This document shows, piece by piece, positions 51,563 through 63,683 of a stretch of DNA of 64,000 nucleotides (positions are counted from its first letter, which is position 1; the number at the start of each line of letters is the position of its first letter). Made by a program: the position numbers and the translations under genes. The notes beneath the pieces were generated by a model. It saw nothing but the letters and a program-made list of their open reading frames with translations, searched no databases and had not been told where the DNA came from. This stretch comes from Octopus bimaculoides (taxonomy: Eukaryota). Where the stretch lies: contig NC_068985.1 of NCBI RefSeq assembly GCF_001194135.2, positions 55,142,670 through 55,206,669 of the forward strand, in the 5' to 3' direction.

Positions 51563-52082
51563 AATACGGAGACAAGGATAGATATGGAGATAGGTGCTAT
51601 AAAAAGAAACTACAAGACATCCATTCAGAATTTAATCTCCTTCGAAGTAGTCACCTTCTGAAGCCACACACTTTATCCAATGTCACTTCTATTGATGGAA
51701 GCATTCTTGGAACTACTTTTTGGGGAATAGTGAGCAGCTGCCTCATTGCATTCTCTTAAATGACCTGGTTTGGGGTTCATAGCTGTGGTTTGGTGTTCAT
51801 AGCCATTGACCCATAACTACCATTTTCCAAAAGTTTTCATCTTCCTAGACATAGTCAAGGAGATTCTGCTCAAGTGAAACCCAATTTTCTTTTTAAGACA
51901 GCAACATTCTGCACACTTTACTTCCAAGCACTGCTATAAACAGCAGGAGTGAGTGAGAATGTTATAACTTTGTATGCATGCATGACAGAGTTTAAGGTCA
52001 ATCTGTGCCAAGTGGCGTCACTCCAAGTACTTTAGCTCCATTACCATACCAACAGTTTCAATACTTTATGAACAGACCTCAT

Positions 52083-52486
52083 AGGCATGCCTGTGTGGTA
52101 AGAAGTTTGCTTCCCAACCACATGGTACAAGGTTTGGTCCCACTTCCCTTGGGAAGTGTCTTCTACTATAGCCTCGGGCTAACCAAAGCCTTGTGGGTGG
52201 ATTTGATAGATGGAAACTGAAAGAAGCCCATCGTATATATATATATATGTGTGTGTGTGTGTTTATATGTATATATGTATATATTTGTGTGTTTGTGTTC
52301 CTGTAACACCGATGTTGGTGTGTTTATGTCCCTGTAACTTAGTGGTTCAGCAAAGCAGACCGATAGAATAAGTACCAGGCTTAAAAAGAATAAGTCCAAG
52401 GGTCGATTTCTTCAACTAAAAGGTGGTGCTCTAGCATGACCACAGTCAAAATGACTAAAACAAATAAAAAAATAAAAGAATAAAAG
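52083..52486 (+). mobile_element. SINE head A + tail B
   Basis: Matches 47763-48169. Confidence 0.88.
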
Positions 52487-52501
52487 TACATACACACACA
52501 C

Positions 52502-53035
52502 AGGTGCAGGCATGACTGTGTGGTAAGAAGCTTGCTTCCCAACCACATAGTTCTGGGTTCTGTCCCAATGCATGGCAGCTTTGGCAAGTCTCTTTTACTA
52601 TAGCCTCGGACCGACTGAAGCTTTGTGAGTGGATTTGGTAGATGGAAACTGAAAGACGCTTGTCGTATATCAGTGTCTGTTTTGTCCTCCACCACCACCA
52701 CCACTTGACAACCAGTGTTGTTATGTTTACATCCCTGTAACTTAGCAGTTTAACAAAAGTGATTTATAGAATAAGTATCAAGCTTAAAGAAAAAGTACAG
52801 GGGTTGATTCATTTGACTAAAAAACCTTCAATGCAGTGAGCCAAAATCTAATACCTATAAAACTAATATATATATATATAGCGTGGCTATATGGTAAAAA
52901 GCTTGTTTACCAACCACAAGGTTCCAAGTTCAGTCCCACTGTGTAGCACCTTGGGCAAGTGTCTTCAGCTTTAGCCTTGGGCCGACCAAAGCCTTGTGAA
53001 TGGATTTAGTTGATGGAAACTGAAAGAATCCTGTC
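52502..53035 (+). mobile_element. SINE A+B (52502-52835) followed by another head A (52882-53035)
   Basis: Matches to the in-window consensus. Confidence 0.8.
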
Positions 53036-53285
53036 AAAGCACCTTCCAAACATGGCCGATGCCAGTGCCGCCTTGACTGGCTTCTGTGCCAGTGACACGT
53101 AAAAAGCACCATCCAAACGTGGCTGATGTCGAGTCAAGTACATCAACATCGGCAATATCAAAATCAAATCAAATGGAAATTGTAGTTGTGAGCCCCATGC
53201 CAGTAGCACGTAAAAAGCACCATCCAATCATGGTCAATGCCAGCTCCTCTAGCCCCTTGTGCTGGTGGCACATAAAAGCACCACT
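53036..53285 (+). mobile_element. RTE 3' UTR repeat fragment lacking the terminal tail
   Basis: gagtcaagtacatcaacatc...aaatcaaatcaaatggaaattgtag, as at 47292; stops at ggcacataaaagcaccac. Confidence 0.8.
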
Positions 53286-54367
53286 TCTTCCCCTGAGAAA
53301 CGAACCTCTACTCCTCCATATGCACGTCCCCTGGCGATATAAATTATGTCTCTCCAAATAGGGGACAGGCATCTTTCGATGGTATCTTTTTCGAAATGTT
53401 TAAACCTTCTGTCTTTTGGACAAAAGGTTTTAAATATCACGGCCCGTTTCTCCATATTATTAACCAAAGCTGAGGGTGATATTTTTACATCACCACCCTC
53501 CTGCTTCATTCTTTTAAACAGATCACCAAGCTTGTTTATATTAATTTTGATATTTTCGGTTGCCACTTCGGCAACCGCTGAAAATTTTTTCGGCGTGTTT
53601 TCACTCTCAACGAGTGACTTCTTTTGCGAAATAAATTGAATTGACATAATAATATTTTTCCCGCGCAAACTGGGAAACCTATGAAAAAATATTTTTCAAG
53701 CTGTGAAAAAAAAATGTTCTCCTCCAAAAGAAGACAAAGATGTTTCAAATCCCACCCCCGTTCGGGGGAGGTGGACAGAATAATCTAAAAAGACTATTCA
53801 CAGTTTTTTTTGGCAATAATATTTAAAAATAAAGATGCCGCAATGGTCAACAGAGTCAATGTATATATTTTTGAAATATTTCCGGGTAAAACCGGGAAAA
53901 AATATAGTTCAACAGTTCAGCAATGGCAATCCTTCACGGAACAACAGCGATAATAGCTATAACAAAGTCAACAATGGCAGCAAAAATTCTTACCGGCAGA
54001 CAGAAAAAAAAAAAACGTCCGAAGAGGTGTTGGGTAAGCGAGATACTTTTCACTCTCCACGTGGACTCCTTTTACGAAATAAATTCAATAGACATAATAG
54101 CAGTTTTTAAAACAAACTGGGAATCCTATGAAGAAATATTTTTAAACAGGGAAACCTATGAAAAAATATTTTTCAAGCTGAGAATAAATGTTCTCTTCTA
54201 AAGGAGGACAAAGATGTTTCAAATCCCATCCCCGTTAAGGGGAGGGGCACAGAATAATCTAAAAAGACTATTCACTGTTTTTTTGTTTTTTTTTGCAATA
54301 AAATTTAAAAATAAAGATGCCGCAATGGCCAACAAAGTCAACACGGAACAACAGCGATAATAGCTAT
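53286..54367 (-). mobile_element. Putative L1/Tx1-type LINE 5' end: ORF1 N-terminus plus tandem ~450-480-bp 5' units
   Basis: CpG-rich; ORF 53249-53668 has non-repetitive composition (KRAVIFKTFCPKDRRFKHFEKDTIERCLSPIWRDIIYIARGRAYGGVEVRFS); 53590-53860 recurs at 54040-54345. Confidence 0.5.
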
Positions 54368-55166
54368 NNNNNNNNNNNNNNNNNNNNNNNNNNNNNNNNN
54401 NNNNNNNNNNNNNNNNNNNNNNNNNNNNNNNNNNNNNNNNNNNNNNNNNNNNNNNNNNNNNNNNNNNNNNNNNNNNNNNNNNNNNNNNNNNNNNNNNNNN
54501 NNNNNNNNNNNNNNNNNNNNNNNNNNNNNNNNNNNNNNNNNNNNNNNNNNNNNNNNNNNNNNNNNNNNNNNNNNNNNNNNNNNNNNNNNNNNNNNNNNNN
54601 NNNNNNNNNNNNNNNNNNNNNNNNNNNNNNNNNNNNNNNNNNNNNNNNNNNNNNNNNNNNNNNNNNNNNNNNNNNNNNNNNNNNNNNNNNNNNNNNNNNN
54701 NNNNNNNNNNNNNNNNNNNNNNNNNNNNNNNNNNNNNNNNNNNNNNNNNNNNNNNNNNNNNNNNNNNNNNNNNNNNNNNNNNNNNNNNNNNNNNNNNNNN
54801 NNNNNNNNNNNNNNNNNNNNNNNNNNNNNNNNNNNNNNNNNNNNNNNNNNNNNNNNNNNNNNNNNNNNNNNNNNNNNNNNNNNNNNNNNNNNNNNNNNNN
54901 NNNNNNNNNNNNNNNNNNNNNNNNNNNNNNNNNNNNNNNNNNNNNNNNNNNNNNNNNNNNNNNNNNNNNNNNNNNNNNNNNNNNNNNNNNNNNNNNNNNN
55001 NNNNNNNNNNNNNNNNNNNNNNNNNNNNNNNNNNNNNNNNNNNNNNNNNNNNNNNNNNNNNNNNNNNNNNNNNNNNNNNNNNNNNNNNNNNNNNNNNNNN
55101 NNNNNNNNNNNNNNNNNNNNNNNNNNNNNNNNNNNNNNNNNNNNNNNNNNNNNNNNNNNNNNNNNN
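54368..55166. other. Assembly gap (N-run)
   Basis: 799 N; could hide an upstream host exon or more 5' units. Confidence 1.
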
Positions 55167-55204
<38 letters not shown>

Positions 55205-55319
55205 TAACACACATATACATATATCATCCAGCTCATGCCAGCATGGAAAATGGGCATTTATTGATGATGATGGTGATATATCATGGTATTGTCTATAGGA
55301 AGGATTAGGCCCCTGATAC

Positions 55320-56020
55320 GTCCTGCATTATGACAACGTCGCTTCATCGTCTGCATGACTGGCCCATACGACATACCTTGCCAACTGACACTACTTGCTG
55401 TGTCTGTCCACTATTTATTAGTAGTGGACTTGCCCACTTCTAACTTGGGGTTGTTCACCACAACACCTTCCCCCTTTGAGATTTTTTTTTCTTTCACAAC
55501 AAAATTATTTTTTTCTTCAGAATGCTGCAGGTAGTACTAGTCTACATTGTTTACCGGTAGCGCTACTAACACATAACGACCTGACTTAAATCCTTCACAT
55601 GGACTTATTATTTTTTCTTCCACGCAGAATTATTTTCTTTTCAGAATGCCGCAGATAGTACCAGTCTACATTGTTTACCAGTAGCACTACTAACACATAG
55701 CAACCTGACAGAAATCCTACAAACGGGTTTATATTATTTTTCACTGTGTATAGTCCAGATCTGTGTAAGAGTTCCAGTTTTATCAGACATTTTCTTCTTC
55801 AGAATCATTTTTCAAAAGAATTTATATATTTTTCACTGTGTGTAGTTCAGTTTTGTTTTAGTCTTATCTGCCACTGCATGTAGTTCGACTCCTCATCGCC
55901 GCTGATGTGTCCCATATTATGACGATGTAACTTCGTCATCTGCATGACTGGCCATATGGCATACCTTGCTGATTGACACTACTTGCTGTGTCTGTCTACT
56001 ATTTATTAGTAGTGGACCAG
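55320..56020. repeat. Local A-B-B-C-C-A direct-repeat mosaic
   Basis: A: 55320-55428 and 55912-56020; B: 55500-55600 and 55625-55720; C: about 55735 and 55826. Confidence 0.75.
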
Positions 56021-56204
56021 CCCAAGCCTTGAAGTAAGCTTTATCACATATAAAACTGTAGAAATGACTATAAATCTAAAAGTGACCATCCTTAAAATGT
56101 TCTGCCAGAAACCATGGTGATTGAAGTCAATGTCTTTGATATCATATTTCTTGTGAAATTCTCCAAAAGAATTTTTTTGTTTACTTTTTAAATACCATGA
56201 ACAG

Positions 56205-56495
56205 GACAGCTTCTCGACCCCTGCCAGCACCAAATAAGTTCCAGATACAGTCGATAGAAAGGAAATTGGAATTCCAAAAGAATTTCATGAAAGAACAACA
56301 AAAGCAGTTAAAAGAACAGAAACGATTAATTGAAGAATTGCAAAGCAATCAACGTTGTGAACAGTTGAAGAATGAAATCTCAATGAAAATGAAGATTAAT
56401 CAAGGAGTTAATATTAATCCATTGTCATCAATTAAATCTGGAGGTGTAAAACAGCAGATTCTAAACCAAACATCAAAACATTCTTCAGCAGAGAG
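56205..56495 (+). CDS. CCDC191: Internal exon A of a CCDC191-like coiled-coil protein
   Basis: T-rich acceptor ...aacag|; donor gag|gtaagg; open frame. KLEFQKNFMKEQQKQLKEQKRLIEELQSN aligns with recalled human HVFQQQLIEKQKKKLQEQQKTILELKKN. Alternative acceptor at 56209. Confidence 0.72.
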
Positions 56496-56569
56496 GTAAG
56501 GCAGTCTTCATTCCATTTTTAAAACAAAATTTTTCAGTTACACACAATTGCACCAACATTTTCAGTTAC

Positions 56570-57330
56570 ACAGCTAAATAGAATGGATTAAGTGTTGTTG
56601 CTATAGACATAATGAAGTATACCATTCCATGATACCTGCTTAGTGCTATGTATAAGTGAGTTGTTGTCAGTTAAGTAACTTGGCTATAGACACAGTACAA
56701 TGAATATACCACACTGTGGTGCCTACTTACAGCTAGTTAAATTGAGCTGTTGAGTATCTCAGTTGTGAACACAGTATAGTGAACTACATCATACTGTGGT
56801 ACTTACTTAAAGACACATAGACTGAGCTTTAACAGTTAAGTATCTTGGTCATGGAGATAGTACTTTAGTATCTTACAATAGTACCTACTTACAACAAAGT
56901 AGACAGTTGAGTATCTCAGTTGTGAACACAGTACAGTGAACTACACCATATCATGGTACCTGCTTACAGTCACATAGACTGAACTGTTAACAATTAAGTA
57001 TCTTGGTCATGGACATAGTACTGTAAGTATCATATGGTAGTGCTTACAGTGAGATAGACTGAGCTGTTGACACTTAAATACTTTGGTCACAGACACAGTA
57101 CAGTAAAGTATACCACATTTTGGTACCTACTTACAGCTAGTTAAACTGACCTGTTGACAGTATCTTGGCTGCAGACACAGAACAGTAAATATACCATACA
57201 CTGGTACCTGCCTACAAGCTAGGTGGACTGTGCTGTTGTTAGTCAAGTATCTTGGTCATGGAAACTGTACAATGAAATATACCATAGTGTGGTACCTACT
57301 TATAGCTAAATGGACTGAGCTGTTGAATAC
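56570..57330. repeat. ~82-bp minisatellite, about 9-10 units, with a ~158-bp dimeric higher-order duplication
   Basis: The ggtacct(a/g)cttacag motif recurs at 76-88-bp spacing. Confidence 0.85.
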
Positions 57331-57609
57331 CTTGTCCCTGGACATAACAAACAATACAGGGACAAGGCACTGAGTCTTACTAACTTGGTCATCTACTTCA
57401 CTCATTGTACCTGGTACCACCACATGGCTACAAGTCCATCTTTATATCATTTGAAATTATTACCTCTGTCTTAAAGACATAGTCATCACTGTGACCATGT
57501 GGATACAGTATTAGATGACTAGCTCATATGTTTGGGTTTCAAATTCACTGCAGGTATTTCGTTGTATTTTGTTTGAATAATATTTTCCTCACACACCAGT
57601 TCACCCAGG
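57327..57609 (+). repeat. Direct repeat copy 1 (283 bp)
   Basis: About a dozen differences from 59638-59919. Confidence 0.92.
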
Positions 57610-58093
57610 TGCTACATCATAGCACTATAATCAAGCCCAAGGAGAGCTTTATAGTTCATCTACTTGAAAGCATTTCCCCTTCGGCATATCTGTTAGGCAT
57701 GAGCCCTTAAAAATATCATCTAAACATCAGCCCTTACAATATATTAATGCCCAACTTTGCAAAGCTCCTCAAAACAAAGGAGACATTTGTAAGCATGCTG
57801 TTGTTTAATTTCAGGTTAGTTCTAATTCAGCAGACCTATAGTTAGCTCCCTTGTCTTTTAATCAGATATAGTGTACCTAGGACTACATTAGCCATTGTGT
57901 CCATAAATTTTTGAAAATGGTCCAAGGATAGAGCTCATTAGATAGTATAGTCCTACAAACCCCTAAACATTCAGAATGATCATCACTGGTATACCTTATG
58001 TCATAGGTTGACCTGGAGCTGAACAACAACAACTAGCAATAGCAATGTTTGTTATTTACTAAACTTAATGTTTTCTCTGAATCTCTCCAAAAG

Positions 58094-58464
58094 TTGCTCT
58101 CCAGAATCTCAAGTAGAATCTCAAACAGACTCACGGGCAGAATCTCAGACAGACTCATGGATTGAATCCCAAATGGAATTTTATGCAGAATCTCACATAG
58201 AGTCTAATACAGAAATTCAGACAGAATCTGAAATAGGCTCTCAAACAGACTCTTGGACAGGATCTCGAATAGGATCTCGAACAGGATCTCGAATAGGATC
58301 TCAGACAGAATCTCGAACAGACTCTCGGACAAAATCTCAAACAAACTCTCAGACAGACTCTCGAACAGGCTCTCGCACTGAGTCATATGATGAGTCTTGT
58401 CCTTCAGCTTCTACCAGAACTTCATCTCAAAACCGATCTCAAAGACACGAAACATTCTTGAGTA
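58094..58464 (+). CDS. CCDC191: Internal exon B of the CCDC191-like gene; Ser-periodic tetrapeptide linker
   Basis: Acceptor tctccaaaag| (phase 2, joins exon A in frame); donor a|gtaagc (phase 1, joins exon C in frame). The 12-bp repeats vary at synonymous positions (tct/tca/tcc, caa/cag, cga/cgg/cgc, gaa/gag). Alternative acceptor at 58104. Confidence 0.72.
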
Positions 58465-58689
58465 GTAAGCACCCTTCTATTTTACTTCAGTCATTTACTG
58501 TAATGCACTCTATACCTCTACACCACTTCATGAGTCATTCATATGGTGACCTTGCAACTTCTTCTAAGAGCTCACATTCCAATAAAGCCTAGGTCTCTGA
58601 GTTATTTGAGCTCCACTGCAATTAATTATGAAGTCTACTTATCTAGCTCTTCAAATGTAACTAATACAAATCTGTACGTCATTGAGTCA

Positions 58690-58905
58690 CATCATCATCA
58701 TCATCATGATTGTCTTCTATCTGTGTGTGTGTGCATGTTCCATTCTAGCATGAACTGGATGGTTTGACAGGGTCTGACAGGTTCAAGGACCAAATCGTGC
58801 TCCAATATCTGTTTTGGCATTGTTTCTATGGCTGGATGTCCATCCTAATGCCATCCACCTTACAGAGTGTACAGGCTACTTTTTTTTGTGGCACCAGCAC
58901 TAGTG
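58690..58905 (-). mobile_element. Degraded RTE 3' end
   Basis: ttccattctagcatgaactggatggtttgac...tttctatggctggatgtccatcctaatgcc. Confidence 0.65.
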
Positions 58906-58949
58906 AGATCACTATGTAGTTCACAATACTAAGGACCCCTTTTGTGAGA

Positions 58950-58990
<41 letters not shown>

Positions 58991-59637
58991 GGTTAATGAT
59001 ACAAGATGAGAGTTTAAAGTATGAAGAAAGGGGCCATAACAGAATGGGTTCCTTGCTCTAGAGGAGTTACAATGCTACACACATTATAGAAAAGAGTGTA
59101 GGAATAACTAGGGCAGAGCTGGAAAGAGAGATAAAATAGTGGTTATGAGGTATGCTCATAACCACTATTTTAGTTTCCTCCACCACCACCTCCTCCTCAT
59201 CCTCATCATCATCATCATCATCATCACCATCATCATCATTATCATCAGGATGCACTCTCAAAGTACATCAGCAGTTTAAGGTTCTCTGCCAACCAGTGTT
59301 TTTTATTGAGACAACATCTGTAGGTGCTTCTGAGACAAAGCAAACCCCTCCCATCATATGCCAACCTAGTATTTCAATGGTTTCCAATGGAGATTTGTAA
59401 TCCTTGACAACAACCCATATCAGAGATTGTCAGCAGGAGCTAACTGAAGTTGTGTCAGGCAGGACAGTTGTGCCCCGAAGTTAAGAACTTAGATCACTAC
59501 TCACCACCATCTACATCATCCATGCCATACAACATCATCCTCCGTACTACTATACACTGCCACCATACCATATTGCATGACTGTACCACATCATAATACA
59601 CCACCCCTCCATACTATACATACATACTAGTTGTATG

Positions 59638-59919
59638 ATACCTTGTCCCTGGACATAACAAACAATACAATGACAAGGCACTGAGCCTTACTAACTTGGT
59701 CATCTACTTCACTCATTGTACCTGGTACCACCACATGGCTACAAGTCCATCTTTGTTTCATTTGAAATTATTACCTCTGTCTTAAGACATACTCATCACT
59801 GTGACCATGTGGATACACTATTAGATGACCAGCTCAAATGTTTGGGTTTCAAATTCACTGCAAGTATTTTGTTGTATTTTGTTTGAATAATATTTTCCTC
59901 ACACACCAGTTCACCCAGG
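59638..59919 (+). repeat. Direct repeat copy 2
   Basis: See 57327-57609. Confidence 0.92.
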
Positions 59920-60141
59920 GGCTTATCATACTGCACCTTCATTCTACATTACCATTGTGCAATCTTGATCTACAACATAGCATACAAATATAATGAACAT
60001 GTCATCATTAGGAGCACTGAAACATTGATGAATGTTACCTTGTAGTGTTCAGTTGAAATGTTGTTGAAACTGTATTTCCTCCACCACCACCACTTCCTCC
60101 TCCTTATCAACAACCATCATCATCATCATCATCGTCATCAA

Positions 60142-60180
<39 letters not shown>

Positions 60181-61881
60181 TTAACATGCTGGTTGGTATC
60201 CCATCCTGATACCAACCACTTTAGAATGTACTGGATACTTTCTCATGGCACTGGCACATTAAGTAACTCACAAAACAAGACCTTTTGACTGAGTGGGGGT
60301 GCAGTTTTATGCCAAGTGTTGAGAAGCTAAAGAAGCACAGGAACAGGTGTCTTTCTACAGAGGCTACTCCTGTGAGAAAGAGAGAAAGTATGGTGAAGAT
60401 GAGGTATCAGGGCTTATTCTCAAGTTATAAAGGAGATAGATAAAGAGAGAATAGAGATAGAGAATCAAGGATGGATGGATGGTTTGGTAGATCTGTGAGA
60501 GTTTGAAAGGAGTGTGACAGAGGTGAATGAAGTGAATGTGTGTAGCCATCCTTTTATAACTCGGGGAGATCTTCATGATTGTCTCAATAACTGACAGCAG
60601 AAGGCAGCTATGGTAGAGCTAGACTGGTGTAGATTAGCTTAGATTTAAAACATTGGGCCTCACATTTGTGAGAACACAAGATAGAGAAAAATGGAACGAT
60701 GTCATATTATAGACCAACCGATGTATCACCTTGATGGAGTTGGCCTTGATCCGGCAAGACCTACAATAAGAGGTGAAGGTGTCCTTGTTATTACAACATT
60801 GCTTTTTATTCCAGTATGTGTGTCTAGGCCTACATTATCAAATGTGTTTCCTCTTTTTACAAGACAGTAGGATGTGATTTGAGGGAGATTTGTCTTGTTT
60901 CTTGCTACATATCTGACTGACCACTCAGAAGCTTTCTTGTTGGCTGTTGTTGATAATGATTGTGACTATTATGGTGATTGACTACAAACCTTGATTCATC
61001 CTTCTCCTCTTCTTCTTCATCATCATTTAACATGGGTTGGGCAGTTTGACAGCCTCAGAGCTGCATTGAGTTCCAAATTAATTCATTTGTTTTATTGAAA
61101 GGTGTTTCCATATATAGCAGCCAATGTGGATCTTTGTGGTTTTCATCACTGTCTACAATTTTGTTCCATTTGTTTTCAAATTTGGCATGTGGAAGATTTG
61201 TATACTAATTAGGAAAATGAAATTCATTTTTCCTATAAATCCATAATTAAAAACTTATTAGCCTTTAAAATTTGAAAAACATGGGTATTTTAGACAATCA
61301 GAAGTGAGTATTTTACACATCACCATGGTGAAGAATTCTATTTCCATAGTAACCAAAGCAAAGAAGTACCACATTTTCCATAGCTGATTGCAAAGAACTC
61401 TGTTTCCATAGTAACCAAAAATGCTGCACATGCACACAAGGAGTGTAACCACCACGTGTTCTATGATTGTTTATTTTCATAACAGAAGGAATGCAATTCT
61501 AGTACAATATAGATATTTTAGAACAGTAATGAGATGGCCACAACTTTCATTCTTGAATTTTTTAAACTAATAAACGTTTGTTTTAAGCAATGTTTTCACT
61601 GTTATTTCTAGCAACTCCTGTTGATTTGTTCATAGCTTTTAGATATTTAATTTGCTTATGAATGTTTTAATGTTTTTCGTTGTTTACTCTAGCTAGTTTA
61701 ATGTTTTAACATGTTGGTGGCTCCTGCCTCCTCACTGATGGCAGTGAACATGCTGTTTTCTGATTGGCTGAAAATTCTGAAAAGTTTGAACACCTGTAAT
61801 ATTTTCACAAAATTTTTCTGGAATAAATGAATAGCAAATTTGGATTCAGCATCAAAAATTACATCTATATGATACATTTTA

Positions 61882-62276
61882 ACTCTTTTACTTGTTTCAG
61901 TCATTTGACTGTGGCTATGCTGGAGCACTGCCTTTAGTCGAGCAAATCGACCTCAGGACTTATTCTTTGTAAGCCTAGTACTTATTCTACTGGTCTCTTT
62001 TGCCGAACCACTAAGTTACGGGGACCTAAACACATCAGCATCGGTTGTCAAGCGATGTTGGGGGGGACAAACACAGACACCCAAACATACGCACATACAT
62101 ATATATATATACATATATATGATGGGCTTCTTTCAGTTTCCGTCTACCAAATCCACTCACAAGGCTTTGGTCGGCTCGAGGCTAGAGTAGAAGACACTTG
62201 CCCAAGGTGCCATGCAGTGGGACTGAACCCGGAACCATGTGGTTCGTAAGCAAGCTACTTACCACACAGCCACTCC
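61882..62276 (-). mobile_element. Young SINE head A + tail B
   Basis: Inverted near-identical partner of 47763-48169. Confidence 0.9.
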
Positions 62277-62962
62277 AGATTTCGACATGCAGTGACAATA
62301 ACCACAAAGATGTGCCAATGTATAAATGGTTGAAGTACTTTGCTTTGCCTTAGATCCTCAATTCCTTGATGGGGTTATAGAGGTGGTGTTGTGACATGCA
62401 GTATGTTTGGGGTATTTTTAGACTTGGTGGACTCTGTTTCTCTTCAGGTCTGTCCACCGCTGATTTCTTCCAAAAAGATTGACAGACACACTGACAGAAG
62501 GAAAGAACTTACCCCAATACAGAATTGATATTTTGTGTCTCAACCCTGAAAGGATTTGAACTCAAGCAACTCAGATTTGAACTCAGACAACTGGGATGTT
62601 TACCACAAAGCAGTGTATTTGATACTACTGAATCTGCTAGTTGATCACTTTTAGCTGATGTGCAGTGATTTTTGTATAAATATTTACCATGCACTTATTG
62701 CCTACATCGTAAAGCAGCCTGGTTAGAGAGTGTCATAACATTTCACACTCCATTATTTCAGTTAAAGATAGGTGAGGGTACTTTCACCCCCAACTATTAA
62801 AGTACCCTGACTACAACTCCATGAGAAACCCAGTGAACATAATATAAGTTTATAGAATGGTATGTGAGAATTGATATCAATGTCTTCTCTTTTAATTTTT
62901 ATTTTTCAACAAAAACAGTCCAATTTAGTTTTAAAAAGAAACTGAAATCGGTTGAATTTCAG

Positions 62963-63045
62963 ATCTGGAGAATCGTGCCATTGAGAGAAAGCGCTTAAAG
63001 ACGGAAAGGGAAGCTCGGAAGAGAAGAGAAATGGAAGAAAAATTG
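62963..63045 (+). CDS. CCDC191: Internal exon C of the CCDC191-like gene
   Basis: Acceptor gaatttcag|; donor ttg|gtagat. The B+C junction gives FLSNLENRAIERKRLKTEREARKRREMEEKL versus recalled human ILKAMEERAIQRAECRRILAEKKKKQEEEKL. Confidence 0.78.
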
Positions 63046-63100
63046 GTAGATCTGTTTAAGTTGAACTTTTTTCAATGCACATGTGTGTGCACACATGCAT

Positions 63101-63171
<71 letters not shown>

Positions 63172-63177
63172 CACATG

Positions 63178-63330
63178 ATGAGCTTCTTTCAGTTTTCACC
63201 TACCAAATTCACTCACAACGCATTGGTTAGCTTGGGGCTGTAATATCAGACACTTGCCCAAGGTGCTACATAATGGCACTGAACTTGAAATCAGATGGTT
63301 TGGAAGTGAGCTTCTTAACCACACAGACAT
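63178..63330 (-). mobile_element. SINE head A
   Basis: Reverse complement of the head consensus after (CA)n. Confidence 0.75.
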
Positions 63331-63489
63331 ACCCACAATATCAGAAAAATTTAGAGTACATTTTTTTTCCTTCTGGAAATATGTCAAGGGAATGTTAGAA
63401 ACAATAATTTGGTCTTGTTCACCAGTATTTTCAATTCAAATCCTGCTGAAGTTGACATAAGTAGCAGTAACATACTGAGATTGGTGGGT

Positions 63490-63649
63490 GCAGGCATGAC
63501 AGTGCACTAAAGAAGTTTGCTTCCTAACCATGTGGTTTTGGGTTCAGTTCCACTGCGTAGCATCTTGGGAAAGTGTCTTGGGCCAATCAAAGCCTTGTGA
63601 GTGAATTTGGTAGACAGAAACTGAAAGAAGCCTGTCATATGTGTATTTA

Positions 63650-63683
<34 letters not shown>

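Noticed and set aside
56570-57330. Repeat array considered as CRISPR-like
   Set aside because: Eukaryotic context; the whole unit is homologous, with no unique spacers and no cas genes.
61240-61880. Possible DNA transposon remnant (ccatagtaacc repeats, gattcagcatcaaaaattac end)
   Set aside because: No matching TIR pair or TSD could be established.
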